The notes under the pieces were generated by a model. That model made no database searches and was not told where the DNA came from. It saw only the letters and a program-made list of their open reading frames with translations. This document shows, piece after piece, positions 10,006 to 21,736 of a stretch of DNA of 64,000 nt; the stretch's first letter is position 1, and every line of letters starts with the position of its first letter. The position numbers and the translations under genes were made by a program. The DNA is from Epithemia pelagica (Eukaryota > Protista > Bacillariophyta), in the NCBI GenBank assembly GCA_946965045.2, contig OX337228.1, positions 6,882,001 through 6,946,000 of the forward strand, read 5' to 3'.

Positions 10006-11770
10006 ATGACGAACAACATGAACGGGGAAAAAGAGAATGACAAAAGAGAGAAAAGTGATACTGATGATTTGAACATGGAAACCAAAGACAAAGGTAAAGA
10101 GTCGGTATCTGAAACAACTACCAATGGCACTGAGCCCCAAACTGATGAGAACGAAAAGAATACTAGCAAAAGCTTCAACGCCGAAGCTCGTCGTCGATTG
10201 AAGAATGAAGCCCGTTTGACATCGGGCATCGGTAAAGGGAAGGAGAAAACGCACAACTTGAATGTATTTTGGAACGAGATTTGGCCAAAACTGGAGGAAG
10301 CTGGTTGGACCAAGGTAAATTCGAAATTTTGGGTGGATTCTCTGAATGTGTGTGGTTTATTAGCAGTGCCTATAGCTGATATCGAAACCTAAACCTTGTT
10401 CCAGGTGGATGGAAGTGGTCCGCAGATTGGAAGTGTTACCTTTCTTCCTAAAGGAAGTTCCTTGAATGTCGATGCCACTCTAGTTTCCGAGACGGATCGC
10501 TATGATCGCGTCCGTGATGTACTGGATCGTCTCGAGGAAGGCCGATCGCAAACCGAAGCCGCCATTGCCAATCTCTATCGGACGCTTCAACACCAGAACG
10601 AGGATGATCCAGCAATTCCAAATAATACAACAACGACCACACCCACCTCTGCCTTGGCGTCTCCGACCAATCGACCATCCGCTCGTCACAATGTTCTACT
10701 ATCCCCTAAAATGGATTTGAGCTGGAAAGATGGTGGTCGGAATTTTCCACGCAAGAGTTCACAGATAGGGGCAGACTATCAAGTATTGGAACTTCCCAAA
10801 GTAGGGACCTTTGATGCCAGTTCCTCGCCAGAGTGAGTTGCTGTGTCACTTGTCTTGTGTTGAGAGGGACGCCTGCAGTATGGCCGAGAACTCACTAGTG
10901 TGATACACTATTTCCACTCCTATTGCTGTTGGTTACAGGTGCACTATATTGTGGGATGTGAAACAAGCCGCCAGCTTGCTGGATGAGGAAGGGGATTTGG
11001 CCATTTTTGAGGAGGTTCCTTGGAACAAACGTGAGGGTGCCTTGGAGTTGCTGGCGAAACGTAGCTATGTCCCGGGCGACGATTTCTTGAACGCCGTAAA
11101 TGCCTTACCCACTCACAATGGGTCCGACTGGTCCAACGAGAAAAAGACCAAGTTTAGCGAGTGCGTGTTTTCGTACCGTAAAAACCTGCATGAAGTGGGG
11201 ACCGCCATGGGAATTGACATGGCCTCGTGCTTGGCTCATTACTATGGTATTTTCAAACACACGGACGAATACCGTCTGGTCAAGACGGTGATTCGAGCCG
11301 AAAAGAGGGATAACAATGCCGCTGTCCAAGAGGGAGAGCCGGATGCCTGTGTGATTTGTGACGATGGCGGGGAACTTCTGATTTGTGATGGATGCGATCG
11401 GGAATATCACCGAGAGTGTTTGGATCCGCCTCTTCGAAGTGTTCCCGAAGGTCATTGGGAATGTGATGAATGCGTGAATCGAAAACTCATGTTGTTTCGG
11501 GATTATTTGATTCGTCAGTCGGGCCTCTTTGAGGTCAAGGACGATGACGAAGAGAATGAGGAAGATGCGACGTTCAAGCCCACGGCACAAACAGTCCAAG
11601 CAGTTCGCACCATGGCCATGGGGATCTCCAAACTGCTGGCGACACCGGTGGAAGAAGAACCAGCGACTGTCAAGGATGAAGTCATGGCAGACGCATCCTC
11701 TCCATCTCCTGTTGCCACGTCGGCTAACGAGAACGATTCCAGTGGTGGGGTACGGAAACGAAAGCGTTGA
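10006..11770 (+). CDS. Chromatin protein with ELM2-like, SANT-like and PHD-finger regions; exons 10006-10314, 10405-10832, 10939-11770
   Basis: SQIGADYQVLELP (ELM2-like), DWSNEKKTKF..YRKNL..CLAHYY (SANT-like) and CVICDDGGELLICDGCDREYHRECLDPPLRSVPEGHWECDEC (PHD). C-terminal NLS RKRKR. GT-AG introns keep the frame. Confidence 0.85.
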
Positions 11771-11896
11771 TGGGGGGGTGTGTATTTGGGTCAACAAGTA
11801 CAACCGAATGTTATTTTGATAGCGTGAGTGAAAACAAAATACGTTAGTGCTACAACATGTTCATTATTATCATCATCTCTCTATAGGCACGTTTGC

Positions 11897-13327
11897 TCAT
11901 GTCAATCGATGCAACAATCGGAAGGAATAGGATTTGGTGACGGATATATAACAGGGTGTTCCGTCCGCCTCTTGGACTTTGAAATCGACCGTGCTAATCT
12001 GATCCTCGGTCGACGAGCATCGGAGCAAGACGGGAAAGCGTACTTCGTTCCCCGTAATGGCTTTCCACAATTTGGCTTGAGCGCTGACCATGAAGGATTC
12101 GCCCTTGTTGAGAGAGTCGAGTTGGAACTTGATCAATCTCTTGAGGGGATCGTACGAACCTTCTCCTCGAACAATCTCAATCGAATCGGCATCGACAACT
12201 TCAGGAATGGCCACCACCAAGGTAAAGTCCTTCAAGTCGCCCTTGTTGGTCAGTTTGGACCGAACCTGCAAGGCAATCCGACAAGATGTGTCATGAATGG
12301 TCACTTTGCGTTCCAGCAAAATGGGCATGTGTTCCACCACCTGAGAAAAGGAATAGTGTAGGACGGGTGTATATCCCAGGTCGGATTTGGGCACTTGGAC
12401 CAGGTAGGCTTCATGCGTTTCATCGTCATCCTCGTGGTGGACGGCAATGGGTTCCAGGGAAGTGGTTTGGGGATCGGGTCGTAACTTGACCAGAGACGTC
12501 ATGGTATCATCGTGTGGTGGTGGTTTCAGAGCCGCAAGGACAAAGGGTGCATTCTTGAGAGCATCACTACATTGCACTTGTGCCAGAACCGTTCCTTCGA
12601 CGGCAATTTGACTGGCCACCATTTCCAAGGCCAAGGCCGACACTTCTTCCGACAAGGTGAGTTTGACAGTCATTTTGGGTGGCAATGCGGCTGCTGCCTT
12701 ATGGTGGTGATTGGAAGAATGGCTGACTGTCGTACCAGTTCGTGCTTGTTGTTTGGAACCACCCGTCGTCGTCGTCGTCGTCGTCGAGGTCCTGGGACGC
12801 ATGGTCTCGGGATCCAATACGGGGAGTGCGTCCAAGGTGGTGCGCGCCGCATCCAAGCGACGTTCCAGACTTTGTGGGTGTTGCATCGACTCGTCCTCCA
12901 CCAAGGATGACGAGGATGATGATTGTGTCGCATCACCTCCTCGAGGACGACCGGCGGTAAAGGCCGCAATTCCAAAGGGGTCCAGTGTGGAATCCATGGA
13001 ATTGCTCGTTGGTTGCGGTTGTTGTTGTTGTTGTTGTTGTTGTACGAGGGAGGCATGTTGTTGTTCGGCCGATTGGAGACGACCCGCATGCGTGGTGCGG
13101 CTGGGTGATTTGTGAACGGCCGGAGGACTTTGTGCCGCATGATTTTCGGCGTACCGTTGACTGTGATGCGAGGGAGACGCAGCATGGCGACGATCGTTTG
13201 GTTTCTTCTTGTCTTCGCCGACGGCCATCAAGACGGGTCGTCGAGACGACGAATGTGGCTTTTGACTGGCTTTGGCCGCTTCAATGCCAAACGGATCAAA
13301 GTGGGATGGAGCTTCGGTATTGGTCAT
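11897..13327 (-). CDS. Mu-homology-domain (muniscin/stonin-like) endocytic adaptor 1
   Basis: Disordered N-terminus with two DPF motifs. C-terminal MHD-like segment VKLTLSEEVSA..IAVEGTVLAQ..CRIALQVRS..FTLVVAIP..GSYDPLKRLIKFQL..FPVLLRC. Confidence 0.65.
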   Translation of the reverse strand: MTNTEAPSHFDPFGIEAAKASQKPHSSSRRPVLMAVGEDKKKPNDRRHAASPSHHSQRYAENHAAQSPPAVHKSPSRTTHAGRLQSAEQQHASLVQQQQQQQQPQPTSNSMDSTLDPFGIAAFTAGRPRGGDATQSSSSSSLVEDESMQHPQSLERRLDAARTTLDALPVLDPETMRPRTSTTTTTTTGGSKQQARTGTTVSHSSNHHHKAAAALPPKMTVKLTLSEEVSALALEMVASQIAVEGTVLAQVQCSDALKNAPFVLAALKPPPHDDTMTSLVKLRPDPQTTSLEPIAVHHEDDDETHEAYLVQVPKSDLGYTPVLHYSFSQVVEHMPILLERKVTIHDTSCRIALQVRSKLTNKGDLKDFTLVVAIPEVVDADSIEIVRGEGSYDPLKRLIKFQLDSLNKGESFMVSAQAKLWKAITGNEVRFPVLLRCSSTEDQISTVDFKVQEADGTPCYISVTKSYSFRLLHRLT

Positions 13328-13965
13328 ATTGATATATTTGCTCTCCTTGGGAATTCAACCCTTGAGTTTACAGCCAATCTATATACCAATGGCTAGTGTG
13401 CAATCCAGGAGCGATCAAAGACGAATCCAACACCGAGATTGTCGAACTCTGGTTCGTGAGAGAAAGAGGTGAGGAGATGTTGGATTCGCGAGCCGGCCTA
13501 TGGTGGGACCAGTCGGATTTTGCACCGACTCCCGATGCGAGACTATTGCCCCCAGCCAAATTTGGTCCCGACTCTTGAGGTATGGCCTGCGCGGAAGGAG
13601 TAGTTTGATCCCGATAGCCGAGCAAGTTCTACAAAGAACGGCATACTTAGTAGCTTTTATTGTAGAGCGTGTGGCGATCCATGACTATTGCCCAGCCAAT
13701 ATCAGAAGGATCCAACGGATGGGAAACACACACAAGAAGTGCAACCATCATACAGAAAACAAAACAACCACCACCAACCACCTAAATGGACATTGTACTT
13801 GTACCTTAGACGGCATCATCGTCCAGTCCACTGCTTCAGAAGTGCACCGAACTTGCTTCGGAGCCGCGCATCTTTTGCTTCTTCTTGGTTATCCCCCAGC
13901 TCTTGGATTGCATCTTTTCGTGTTTCACAACAAGTGTATTCTAGACGAGCCCCAGCAGTCCAACC

Positions 13966-15246
13966 ATGGCTTTGGAAACAAGCACCCACTCCTCGTCGTT
14001 GGGACATGCGAACCAAAACGACGCCAACCATGCCGGAACCGATCCCTGGTCGGATAAGACGTGGGGTCCGGATGCATTGACCAATTTTGACACTGTCAAT
14101 ACATCACACGATGCCTTGTTTCCCTTTTCCACCGAAGCCGGAGACCTCCTCGAAACAGCCACGGATTTCTTTTCGGACGAAACCAACATGTTTCGCAATA
14201 CCAGCCAGCAAACCAAACCATTCACAGAGTCTCCATCCCAATCCACAACAACACCCACCAAATCCAAAGGCGAGTCAAGCTTTTCTCCCTCTTCGACTCT
14301 TGGCAGCAGCAGTCCTTCTTCCGGTCTGGTACGAGTCGCGGTGCACGAACAAGTATCGGCCCTGTACGATGGAGTCACGGACGAACCAACCTGTCATGTG
14401 GAAGGGTCCATCTATGTCCAACCCACGGAAGATTTGCAAGCCAAGACCTTTTTACTCGTGATTCGCGATGCCGACGGCCATGTGGCCCATTGGAAAGACT
14501 GGTCCTCGACCTGTCAAAACGTGACCGATTCGGTCCCCCGCAAAGGAGGCATGCATCGAAGCGATCGAGTTCTTCGAATCACTACCAAATCGCCCGAGGA
14601 ACAACGATCGCCTGACGTATTAGTACCCGAGGATACACTGGTGGCCCAATACATTTGTACGGACCGAGTACGACCCGTACCAATGGTAAGTCCGTCCTTC
14701 CTTGTGTGGTGTGGTGTGTCGATCCGAATGGCACGGTCGTTTGGGGTACAGGATATCTCACACCACATTTGCACTTGTGTGTGTGTGTGTGAAACTACTA
14801 CCTAGTTGATCAAAAGCCGCGTTGTGACCAACCAGAGATATTGTCGCGTGGGATTCAAGATACGAGCCAACCCCAGCAACACACTGGCCTTGACCAGGGT
14901 CGTTCTCTTGTTGGCCGTTCCGCCTCATATTGAAGGACGAACGGCCAAAATGTCGCGCAAGGGAGGTGTCTGGGATGACCTGAAACGAACCATTAGCTGG
15001 GTGATTCCCAAAATAGAACCAGGAGAAGCCCTCGAAGTCCAAGCGCAATTTGAAGGACCGGGAACCGACGGCACGCAGGAGAATAGTCATGCACCGCCTC
15101 GATTTCCTATATTGGCACGCGGAGACTATGCGGAAACCTATAGTTCGGTAGCCGTCAAAAAGTCCGATGTCCGAGATGGCTTGTCGCATCCCATTTATTC
15201 TCTCAAAATCAATCGATCGGGCCGAGTGCTTCATAGAAAAGTGTAA
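13966..15246 (+). CDS. Mu-homology-domain endocytic adaptor 2; intron 14686-14805; a short upstream exon is possible
   Basis: DPW motif. MHD-like VRVAVHEQVSALY..CHVEGSIYV..CRVGFKIRAN..VVLLLAVPP..GGVWDDLKRTISWVI..FPILAR. The GTAAGT...CTAG intron joins ORFs 13966 and 14806. Confidence 0.7.
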
Positions 15247-15630
15247 CAACAGGCAGCGTATGAACCTATAGAATAGACGTCATACGATCACAGCAGCACA
15301 GTATATTCACATTGTTCCGGTATTAGATGTATCCATATTGTTCGACGTCGGCTTGGTCGCATCCCTAGCTAAGAGTAGGTGAATGAAGATGAGGCAGGAG
15401 TAGCTGCCATAGCTTCATGGATTGGGCGACCGACGCGCATTGGCCGGGTCGAATCCCGAAAACGCGCCAGGCGAGCCTTTAACGCTCCATACGCCTACCT
15501 ACGACGAGAGCGAGACTCTCTACCTTTCTCGATTGCGCTTTTTGAAAGAGAGGAGCACAACTGGTTGTGTGGATTGGACAGCCATCCATTCGTCTTCCAA
15601 GTGAACCATTGACTTTTTGCGTTGGGCATC

Positions 15631-16030
15631 ATGACATACCGAACCAGAGGGAGATCAATGATCGAGGTCATATTGGTAAGACTGGTGTGGAAATTATAGA
15701 CTGGGATTGGGTGGTCGAAAAATCTCGAATGACAATGCAATCCACACAGCTCTGTTCTCACGCCATCTCGTCGTCACCAAAATTCGCCATCATCTTGTCA
15801 TGTTCCTTCCTTCATTTCTGTGTGTACAGGCCATTTGTTTTGTCACATTTTTGGTCGGATTCATCACTGTATTGTGTGTCGGAAATTATTTCAGAGCAAA
15901 GAGGGCACAAGAACGGCAACGGCAAAGAAGGCTGGCCAAATTAGCATCCTATCCACAAGAGGGCAACGGGGTTGCTCCTGGAGGTTCCTATGAAGCACCA
16001 GCCTCTATCGAACAAGGAGTTCAAGCATGA
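15631..16030 (+). CDS. Small single-pass membrane protein (~75-80 aa); intron 15676-15829
   Basis: GTAAGA...TACAG splicing gives MIEVILAICFVTFLVGFITVLCVGNYFRAKRAQERQRQRR..., a TM segment followed by a positive-inside basic stretch. Confidence 0.5.
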
Positions 16031-16336
16031 TGATGATGATGAGCAAGTCCAACTGGATGCTGACTATGCGAACGCTCGCCTACTGTACCAATATCGGAAT
16101 CACGGCTTGTTTGACATTGCTGCAAACCAATGCCGTGGTCTATGTGTTTCATGCCCACACGCTGAATCGTTTTGTGCCCAAATGATAGACGCCAAAACAC
16201 GTTGTAACAATCCATAAATCTACGGAAGATCCTATTATAAGAAGCAACTCATTCCTCGATCATGTAGTGGATCTTATGGCCTAGGTGATTTTTACGGATG
16301 GCAAGTCTTGATCGAAAGTTCCCGGACTCTGTGATT

Positions 16337-17176
16337 CTACACTTCGAAATGAACATCGATGCGAAAGGACCGTCCAGTTGCTGCTGCGTCTTTATGAGTC
16401 TGATACCTCAACGAGGTCTTCTCCATGTCCAAAGCTTTTTTCCAACGTTCCCCGATTCGAACACATATTTCTTTATTTCCAGTTTTCAACCATAGCGCAA
16501 TTCGGTCTTGACTCTTGCGTACCGATACGACTGCACCACAGATTTGATCACCCGTAGCATCCATCGTTTCACCCAAGACCGCCAACACGGTGAATAGCCA
16601 ATACTCGTCCAATTTCGTTACAAAATGGGCATCCGCTTTCCGATTTTTCCCACCCTTTCCCTTCCCATTGTTTTGATTCGCCTGTTGTTGGGGTTGTTTC
16701 GGTTTGGGAAGTGTCAATAGAAATTTCCCTCCATCCAGATTGGACGGGTGCTCCCACGCCGGTTGAATACCTTCACGAAAGACAGAGTAATTGGAGCTGA
16801 CCGAAATCATGGAAGGAGGAAGAACGTTGTTGTACACCCTCCAAAAGTGCTCCACGGTCCGAAAGGTCGCGATTTGTTTCAGGTTTTCTTTCCAGTCACT
16901 TCCGGCAGGGGCGATTTTCGGATTGTCAAACCACAACGTCCAAGAACCGTGCAATGGTGTTGAAGACGAAAGAGGCTTGGCTGGTGAAACTACATCAGAG
17001 ACTTCTGGTGTACCCTGCTGTTCCGTTGACACGGGAGGGTTCTCCGTTGACGCGGACGATTGGACAGTCTCCGATGTGCCATTGTCAATTTCTGCTGATG
17101 TTGCCGTAACATCACTCGACTGTGGAGTCTCCTCTTGTTTCCTTCCCTTGGATTTGTTTCGTTTGTTATTGGCCAT
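16337..17176 (-). CDS. EIF4E: Eukaryotic translation initiation factor 4E (class I-like)
   Basis: HGSWTLWFD, DWKENL, TVEHFWRVYNN, YSVFREGIQPAWEHP, ICGAVVSVRK..DRIALWLK. Confidence 0.95.
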   Translation of the reverse strand: MANNKRNKSKGRKQEETPQSSDVTATSAEIDNGTSETVQSSASTENPPVSTEQQGTPEVSDVVSPAKPLSSSTPLHGSWTLWFDNPKIAPAGSDWKENLKQIATFRTVEHFWRVYNNVLPPSMISVSSNYSVFREGIQPAWEHPSNLDGGKFLLTLPKPKQPQQQANQNNGKGKGGKNRKADAHFVTKLDEYWLFTVLAVLGETMDATGDQICGAVVSVRKSQDRIALWLKTGNKEICVRIGERWKKALDMEKTSLRYQTHKDAAATGRSFRIDVHFEV

Positions 17177-17462
17177 GACAACTCAAGGCTTCAAGCAAGG
17201 GTCTCTTTTATATACGGGGCCGTTGTTTTCTGATCTATTCAAGTTGTCCAACTTTCTCTTGAAAGCCTTTCTTTATTGTGCTTCTGTGGCCTCGGTGGTA
17301 GTCGTTGATCAACAACAGTCGCGCTTTGCGCAATCGAAAATCGAACACGTATTTCATTCAGTCACGAGTCGTCACCGATTCTCTCGCATTCCATCACGAG
17401 TCACGAGCCGTGTTGAAAAAGTATCCAACAAAGATTCGAAGTCTTGCAGCAATTGGTTCACC

Positions 17463-18309
17463 ATGAAGATCATTCGAAATACCGTTTGTTTCGCTGTGCT
17501 ATTCCAACAATGCGATGGATTCGCTTTCCAATCTCCGACGTGTGGTTCCACTTGTCTTCATGCCTTCAGATCCTCTGAAGCTGACACACACGAAGATCCA
17601 GGATCTCCCTCCATGTCACGGAGAAGACTCCTGGATGGACTTTCGAAGGTACCCATTGTCACGGTTGGTGCGGTAGCCCTTGTTTCTCCACTGGATCGTG
17701 CCGAGGCATCAGGAGGGGCAACAGCAGGCGGTACGTTCACGCTACATCAAATAATGTCACGATCGTATCATTTCCATGTTCTTCAAACTCGCTAATGCCC
17801 TGTTGTGCAACTTTACCACGGTAACAGGCGCTTACTTGCTCAGTGCCAAGCAGCGTTACAATGAACGGGTCAAGAGTGGGATTGCAGGATTCTTGGCGTT
17901 ACAGCCCCTTTTGGAAAGCGGCGATATTGGTGGTATTCGTTCCTACTTCACGAGTGAAGATGCGGGCTCATGGAAAGATTTGACGACAGCTGGATATCTT
18001 TTGGCCAACGCATTTCGTCGCAATTCCACAGCGGCCCCGGACTCGCTGCCCTCTGTTAAGGTAAGATGAGGAGTATCATACGCTGCACCAAGGTGTTTCC
18101 TGTGATGAAACTTACTTTGTCCTTGTATGTTCTTGTATTGTCTGTAGGCATGGAAAGCGTTTGCTGCTCAAGTTGAGAAAACGACAGCCGCCCTCAAGAA
18201 AAAAGACACCACGGCAGCTCTCTCAGCGTACCAAACTGCCCTTGGGCTATTGGACGAGTACCTAGAAAAGGTGGAACTTCCTTCTGCAAAGGAGATTGGA
18301 GGGAGCTAG
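17463..18309 (+). CDS. Thylakoid-lumen protein with tripartite targeting, PsbQ-like helical bundle; exons 17463-17730, 17828-18060, 18148-18309
   Basis: Signal peptide (CDG-F), twin-arginine SRRRLL, hydrophobic stretch and AEA cleavage site. The mature part is helical (AWKAFAAQVEK..ALSAYQTALGLLDEYL). The PsbQ-like label is inference. Confidence 0.6.
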
Positions 18310-18448
18310 GCACAAGCACAACCCGAAGATGAGCACAAGGAATGCATTCACCGATGCTCGTTTTAGTTCATATGTTTGTCACTCGAGCAAGCCTGAAGTC
18401 CCTAACTAGCTGGAAATGCCGTATCGTTATGAATGGCTTGAGTATCCA

Positions 18449-18473
18449 CTACTCCTAAAAATTTTAGGAGTAG
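18449..18473. other. 12-bp inverted repeat CTACTCCTAAAA-A-TTTTAGGAGTAG downstream of the PsbQ-like gene
   Basis: Perfect arms with a 1-nt spacer, read directly. Confidence 0.8.
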
Positions 18474-18786
18474 GAGTAGTAAGTTCCAGGTAGAGGCTAT
18501 TTCGTTCACATGCTTCAATCTTGATTCCCGATTATATCCACGCCAGACAGACGGGAATGCTGGCGTGATTTAGCCGTGACATTAAATAACTCTGTGAAGA
18601 CATCAATGCCGGCTCGATGTGCTCCCAAACCTACTTCAAAATTACAGAGCGGTCGTCTACCTACTCCCCGCTCGCAATTTTGGCGAAAGAGTAGCCTGCT
18701 TTCCATTTTTTCTTTTGAACTCGCGGCTGTCATTTCTTGTTTGATCCGTGAACGACGACTTGCATTATCCACACCAGACACCAACC

Positions 18787-19236
18787 ATGGCTGAAAAGAC
18801 ACTGACCGACAACCTACCAATGAACATTGCCACGATCTCCGCTGGTTTCGAAAAAGGAGATTTCCTTGTGCGAGAAGAACAAGGAAACCGCGTCTATTTC
18901 GACTTTTTCGAAGAGGTGAGCAACAACAAAACCGAACATGGACTCCATGACAGTTTTCTCACGACGTGCCTTGTATCACTTTTGTGACAGGCTTTCAACT
19001 ACATTTCCAACAAAGGATATTCCCGAATGAGCCGTGATGACGAGAAACATTGGGTAGACTTGATGAATGTCATCCACGACAGTGTCAAGGGAGGCATGAA
19101 ATACAACACTGGTACTCTTCTTATGGTTCTCTCTCGACCAGTCCCAGAGGGCTTGTCTTCTATTGAAAAGACAGAAAAGCCCCAGAAAAAGGCAGCCACT
19201 CCGGCCAAACCTGATACAAAGTCATTGAATCCTTGA
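18787..19236 (+). CDS. Small orphan protein (~125 aa); intron 18916-18990
   Basis: GTGAGC...ACAG splicing joins MAEKTLTDNLP..FFEE to AFNYISNKGYSRMSRDDEKHW.. in frame. Confidence 0.6.
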
Positions 19237-19407
19237 TTATGACATCTTGGGCGCCCTTGGAGATTGAGTTCACTGGTTCTATCTCGTATCGGCAGCCTCG
19301 CAAGATTTGGGTTCGATGGCTATAATATGGCCTCAGATTGATCGGCTTTCGTCATGGCACATGTTGAATTTGATTCATTCCATTATTAGTTTGTTTATCT
19401 TACATAT

Positions 19408-21736
19408 CTACACAAATCCTCTCGTCTGTTTCTCTCGTAGCTTCTTTGCTGCTGCTAAAATGCCTTTTAGTTCGATGGCATTCAAAGGGCGCTTTGCCTT
19501 TGATGGCTGAAGTTGATGAGACGTGCTTTCGACATACTCCACCGAGCTTTCGACTAGTTCAATGAATGAGTCAAGACGCTGCAAGAAAAACAACACAGAT
19601 TATGGAAAGAAACGACAGTGTGAGATTGTTATACCATACTGTTTGTTATGTTTGGATAGACTGGCCTCTATAACTTACATCCAGTGAGCCACCAAGTTCT
19701 TTGGAGAGAAGCTGCTCTCGTTCATCTGACGAGGATATTCGTAAACAATAGGCCAACAATCTCAAGCTGCGACCTTTTCCATCGGGTGCAAAGGCGGCTT
19801 CTGCCTGCAATCGATCCCGTAACAGCGTCAGTAAGAGAAGCAACTGTTCGGCGGGAGACTCGGGAACATGCAAGATGGATTCCTGCGAAAACGTAGCTGC
19901 GGCAGCAGCAGCATCTTGTTGCTTCTGGAGCTCCTGGGCCAAGACCCGTTTGACCATGGGGTCATTTGGATCGATACTTTCGACCCGCTCTCCATTTTCG
20001 GTCGTGACATTCCACAACTGATCAATGGATTCCGCAGAATCCTCCTGCATATCGTCCCCAATGACTGCTTGGCGTCTCTCATTCTCCCCTTGCTGCAATC
20101 TCCTCCGAGACATGACTTGTTCCACCTTTTTTTCTTGTTGACGAATGGCATCATTCAGGAAATCCAGTAGAGAATCATTGAGTTCCCCCGCAAAGTCACT
20201 CGTATCGTCACTCGACCGAGTCATGGATGCCAGTGTGAGGTCCAATCCTTCGACACCTTCCTGGACCAGTTTGTCCAGGAGGAGTGTTGTCGTTTCACGG
20301 GCCAACCTTCGTACTTGGGCTTGGCGATATCCTTGAAGAAAGGCTCGGACTTTGGAGACTTCTCGATAATGTCCACCGCCCTTGTCTCGATTATCTCCCG
20401 CCATGCCATCTTGACCAATCGCTTGAATTTCGAATTCGCGCAAAACAGTTTCCAACACTTGTCCTCGACCGGTCCGAATATACTTGGATGCCGACGCCAG
20501 TTGATTGGTGGGAACTTGCGTAGGATCAAATCCCACAAATTCGGTGGGAATCGGAAACGACGACGACGACGACGACGCCCCCGTGGTGCCCAGTAGGTCA
20601 TCATCATCGTCCTGTTTGTGTGCCAGCATGGCACGAAAGGCCGGTGCCCCCGATCGTGCCAAGAGCGATTGGACCAGATCCGTGATTTGTGCGGTAGCTG
20701 TTTCCATGTCTTGATCGTTGGTCGTTCGACGATTGGTATGGGAAGAAGAAGACGTGGCGGTCGAATCCATTTCCCAGGGTCGATCCTTTGTTTGTCCACC
20801 CACGGCTGCCTCCAGCAACTCTTGCGTATTGGCACGACGTCGTTGTGGACCCGGATCCGATGCCTGGATTCCCGTCAAATCATTTGGTTCGGTGGTGGAA
20901 TAAATGGTCACGACACGTTCTCCATCGTCATTGGGTTCCAAGTCGGGTGGCATGGGAGGTGCGGTCACTGCCGCTTGCGTTAAATAGGCGGGTCGCCGCC
21001 TCGCTTCCGTCTTGGTTTGGTTGGTGTTGGGTGGACCCGCAGTGTTCCCCATCATTCCCTTGTCTCGTGGCCCTTCTCCACTAGCCGAATGCGTTGTGGT
21101 ATTCCCGTTCTCCCAGGCACTCTTGTCATAGTAAATAAAAAACTCATCATCATCGTCCTCCTCGTCCAAGTCGTCGTTTGCGTGTGCACTAGTTCTCCAA
21201 CGGGTGGTTGGGCCACCACCACCCTGGTCCACCAGTTCATAGCGTTCCTTGGGATCATTTCCAAACCCATCTTGTACACGTTGCGTGTACAATTCTCTTC
21301 TCGAGGATTCTTGTGTGACTTGGTCTTGCGCATACTGGCGCAGTCTCTTGAGCAGCGTGGGCTTGGACCCCTTGTCGTCCAAACGCAATTGCTGACACAG
21401 AGATTGGAGCTGGTCCAACGGGACTTGTTGCAACAGCAGCTCGTCCTCCACACTAGTAGTAGTGTCTCCCAATTCCTCCTCATCCTCATCATCATTATTA
21501 TTGTGGTCATTCGAGGACCGGGTGTCATGATTGGTACGAGGGTTTTCCACCGTCGCAGAAAGGGCAACGGGAAACCGTGGTTGTTGCGATGACCGAACCA
21601 CCCTGCAGGGACCAATTCTGGCCTGGATCCGGTTCTTGAACTGCATCGCAGAGGGAATGATTCCCCAACTCCACGTGCCACAAAGCAGTCCGAATGCCAC
21701 TAGCGAACGAAAAGAGACTCTGGTCATCTTCATCAT
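19408..21736 (-). CDS. SAP-domain protein with a probable plastid presequence; intron 19579-19678
   Basis: Likely start MMKMTRVSF.. with a hydrophobic signal and an R/S-rich transit-like segment. SAP motif VPLDQLQSLCQQLRLDDKGSKPTLLKRL. Helical C-terminus. GTAAGT...GCAG intron. Confidence 0.65.
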
